Of a stretch of 64,000 nt of DNA, positions 62,715 to 64,000 are shown one piece after another. Both the position numbers and the translations under genes were made by a program. The stretch comes from an uncultured virus (IMG/VR IMGVR_UViG_2061766007_000995) (taxonomy: Duplodnaviria > Heunggongvirae > Uroviricota > Caudoviricetes), in the IMG/VR virus record IMGVR_UViG_2061766007_000995. One strand, written 5' to 3'. Within the stretch, counting starts at the first letter, position 1; each line of letters opens with the position of its first letter. The notes beneath the pieces were generated by a model, which was given only the letters and a program-made list of their open reading frames with translations, was not told the DNA's origin and made no database searches.

Positions 62715-63740
62715 ATGTCAGAATACTACAACAAAAGACTCTGTGGCAAATACCAAGTTATCATGGAATTTCCCCAGTCACTTAGGGAACTGCTCTGGAG
62801 AGTCGCGTACTTCAGACGCAATCAACGTACTTGGGATGTGCTCATAAAATCATTTAAGCCATCAACTACTCATTATGATCTTGATGAAACAATCAAGAAC
62901 AATACAAAAAAGGTTCTTGAAGAACTGCTAGCTTTCTATGAATCTGCTTCAACTCTTGATCCAATTCTATGGAAATCTACAGTAGGACCAAAATTCTTTC
63001 TTCAAAAGCCTTCATACTGGCCAGCGGCAAATGTTGCACTTAATTCAAATTCAGCAAACAAGCATCCAGTATATGATACGAATTTGAGAATTGAAAGTGG
63101 TCTTCAAACTCCTTTAGATGCATCGGCCATTAAAAATGGCGTATCAACAACTAAAAAGAATGCATTAAGGATGCAGGCAGGCAATCCATTTGACTTTACA
63201 AGCGATGAAACAAAGAATGGAGTTCCAGCCGCTGAAAATCTAACGCAAGACATTCAAATGATGATTGAATCAGCAAAAATGATTCTTACATCATATGGTT
63301 CTCCATATACTACAGAACGTGGTGAAGAATGTTCAAGATGGCTTTTCAATTCAAGAAATACGGCAATGAAAGCCATTGCTCTTATTGTACAGGAATGTCC
63401 ATGGATCATTCAAGCCATAAACAGCTTTAACTTTTTCACTGCTGATATCATCAACAACATTGGAAGTTTAAAACCAGCTGGAGACTACACGCAAATCTAT
63501 GGACATTTTGAATCTTCTGATGATTCAAAGGTAGACAGTCCAAGACATCTCCTTACTCCTCTCTGGTCAACTAAAGCCAATATCAATTCTTCCCAGTTGT
63601 CTTCTCTTGAAACTCAGGGAACATTCCAAATTAGATATTTCAATTCTGAAGGAAATCCAGGCGAACCTCAGGATCTTTTGAGTATCTACTGCAATGATAC
63701 ATACGAAGCAAACTCTTTTGCAACGAATAAAACCTACTAG
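62715..63740 (+). CDS. Hypothetical late protein
   Basis: GTAAATA at 62676; 341 aa; terminator at 63767-63793. Confidence 0.65.
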   Translation: MSEYYNKRLCGKYQVIMEFPQSLRELLWRVAYFRRNQRTWDVLIKSFKPSTTHYDLDETIKNNTKKVLEELLAFYESASTLDPILWKSTVGPKFFLQKPSYWPAANVALNSNSANKHPVYDTNLRIESGLQTPLDASAIKNGVSTTKKNALRMQAGNPFDFTSDETKNGVPAAENLTQDIQMMIESAKMILTSYGSPYTTERGEECSRWLFNSRNTAMKAIALIVQECPWIIQAINSFNFFTADIINNIGSLKPAGDYTQIYGHFESSDDSKVDSPRHLLTPLWSTKANINSSQLSSLETQGTFQIRYFNSEGNPGEPQDLLSIYCNDTYEANSFATNKTY

Positions 63741-63813
63741 CTTGCAAAATTATTCATAACATAATGAAAAGGCTGGCAATTTGCCAGCCTTTCTGCTATT
63801 ATGCGTCAAACTT

Positions 63814-63999
63814 TTATGGATTGGGATTGTTTATCACATTGTCTGCAAGTTGATCATTGTCAAGCACTTCGAGAATTATTCTTCCACCAATCCATGTTGC
63901 CAGAACATAGAGATGCATATTTGGATCTCCCCATTGTGGACTGATCACGTCATTGGCCCATTCTGCATTCTGAATGTTCAAGGTTATTTCCGTATCGCT
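63814..63999 (-). CDS. 3' end of a hypothetical protein, 5' partial
   Basis: Open frame from the window edge to TAA, converging on the terminator hairpin. Confidence 0.5.
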   Translation of the reverse strand, partial: SDTEITLNIQNAEWANDVISPQWGDPNMHLYVLATWIGGRIILEVLDNDQLADNVINNPNP

Positions 64000-64000
64000 T

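Noticed and set aside
1..64000. Stop-codon reassignment as the cause of fragmented ORFs
   Set aside because: Long genes are intact in the standard code, TAA, TAG and TGA all end genes, and breaks map to N runs.

Overview
This window is part of a large T4-related myovirus genome. It is a draft assembly with many 10-N joins that duplicate their flanks with SNPs, one 727-N gap, and at least one inverted, misplaced contig. Spanin genes point to a Gram-negative host. Bases 1-14.7 kb hold a late, modular fibre/adhesin array (PKD-like + BspA-type LRR domains) in which three blocks each end in a GT2 glycosyltransferase. Downstream are lysis genes, the C-terminal half of a split family-B DNA polymerase, and the C-terminal half of a split large terminase that begins with an atypically split C-intein. 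Further on are two PD-(D/E)xK-like proteins with T4-type capsid-targeting N-termini, a Dam-family MTase, ThyX, two more LRR proteins, an M15 endolysin, PAAR, a 1861-aa virion protein, UvsW/UvsY, SLT, radical SAM, an HD hydrolase, gp14, gp3, gp62, gp44 (with a cis mini-intein), RIIA and SPFH. About 13 genes share the capsid-targeting-like N-terminus. Two promoter classes are visible: sigma70-type TTGACA-N17/18-TAnnnT and late-type (G/C/T)TAAATA. A candidate ~100-nt late sRNA near 62.6 kb shows the 16S anti-Shine-Dalgarno sequence in a hairpin loop. All family calls come from motif recognition by eye; no database searches were run.
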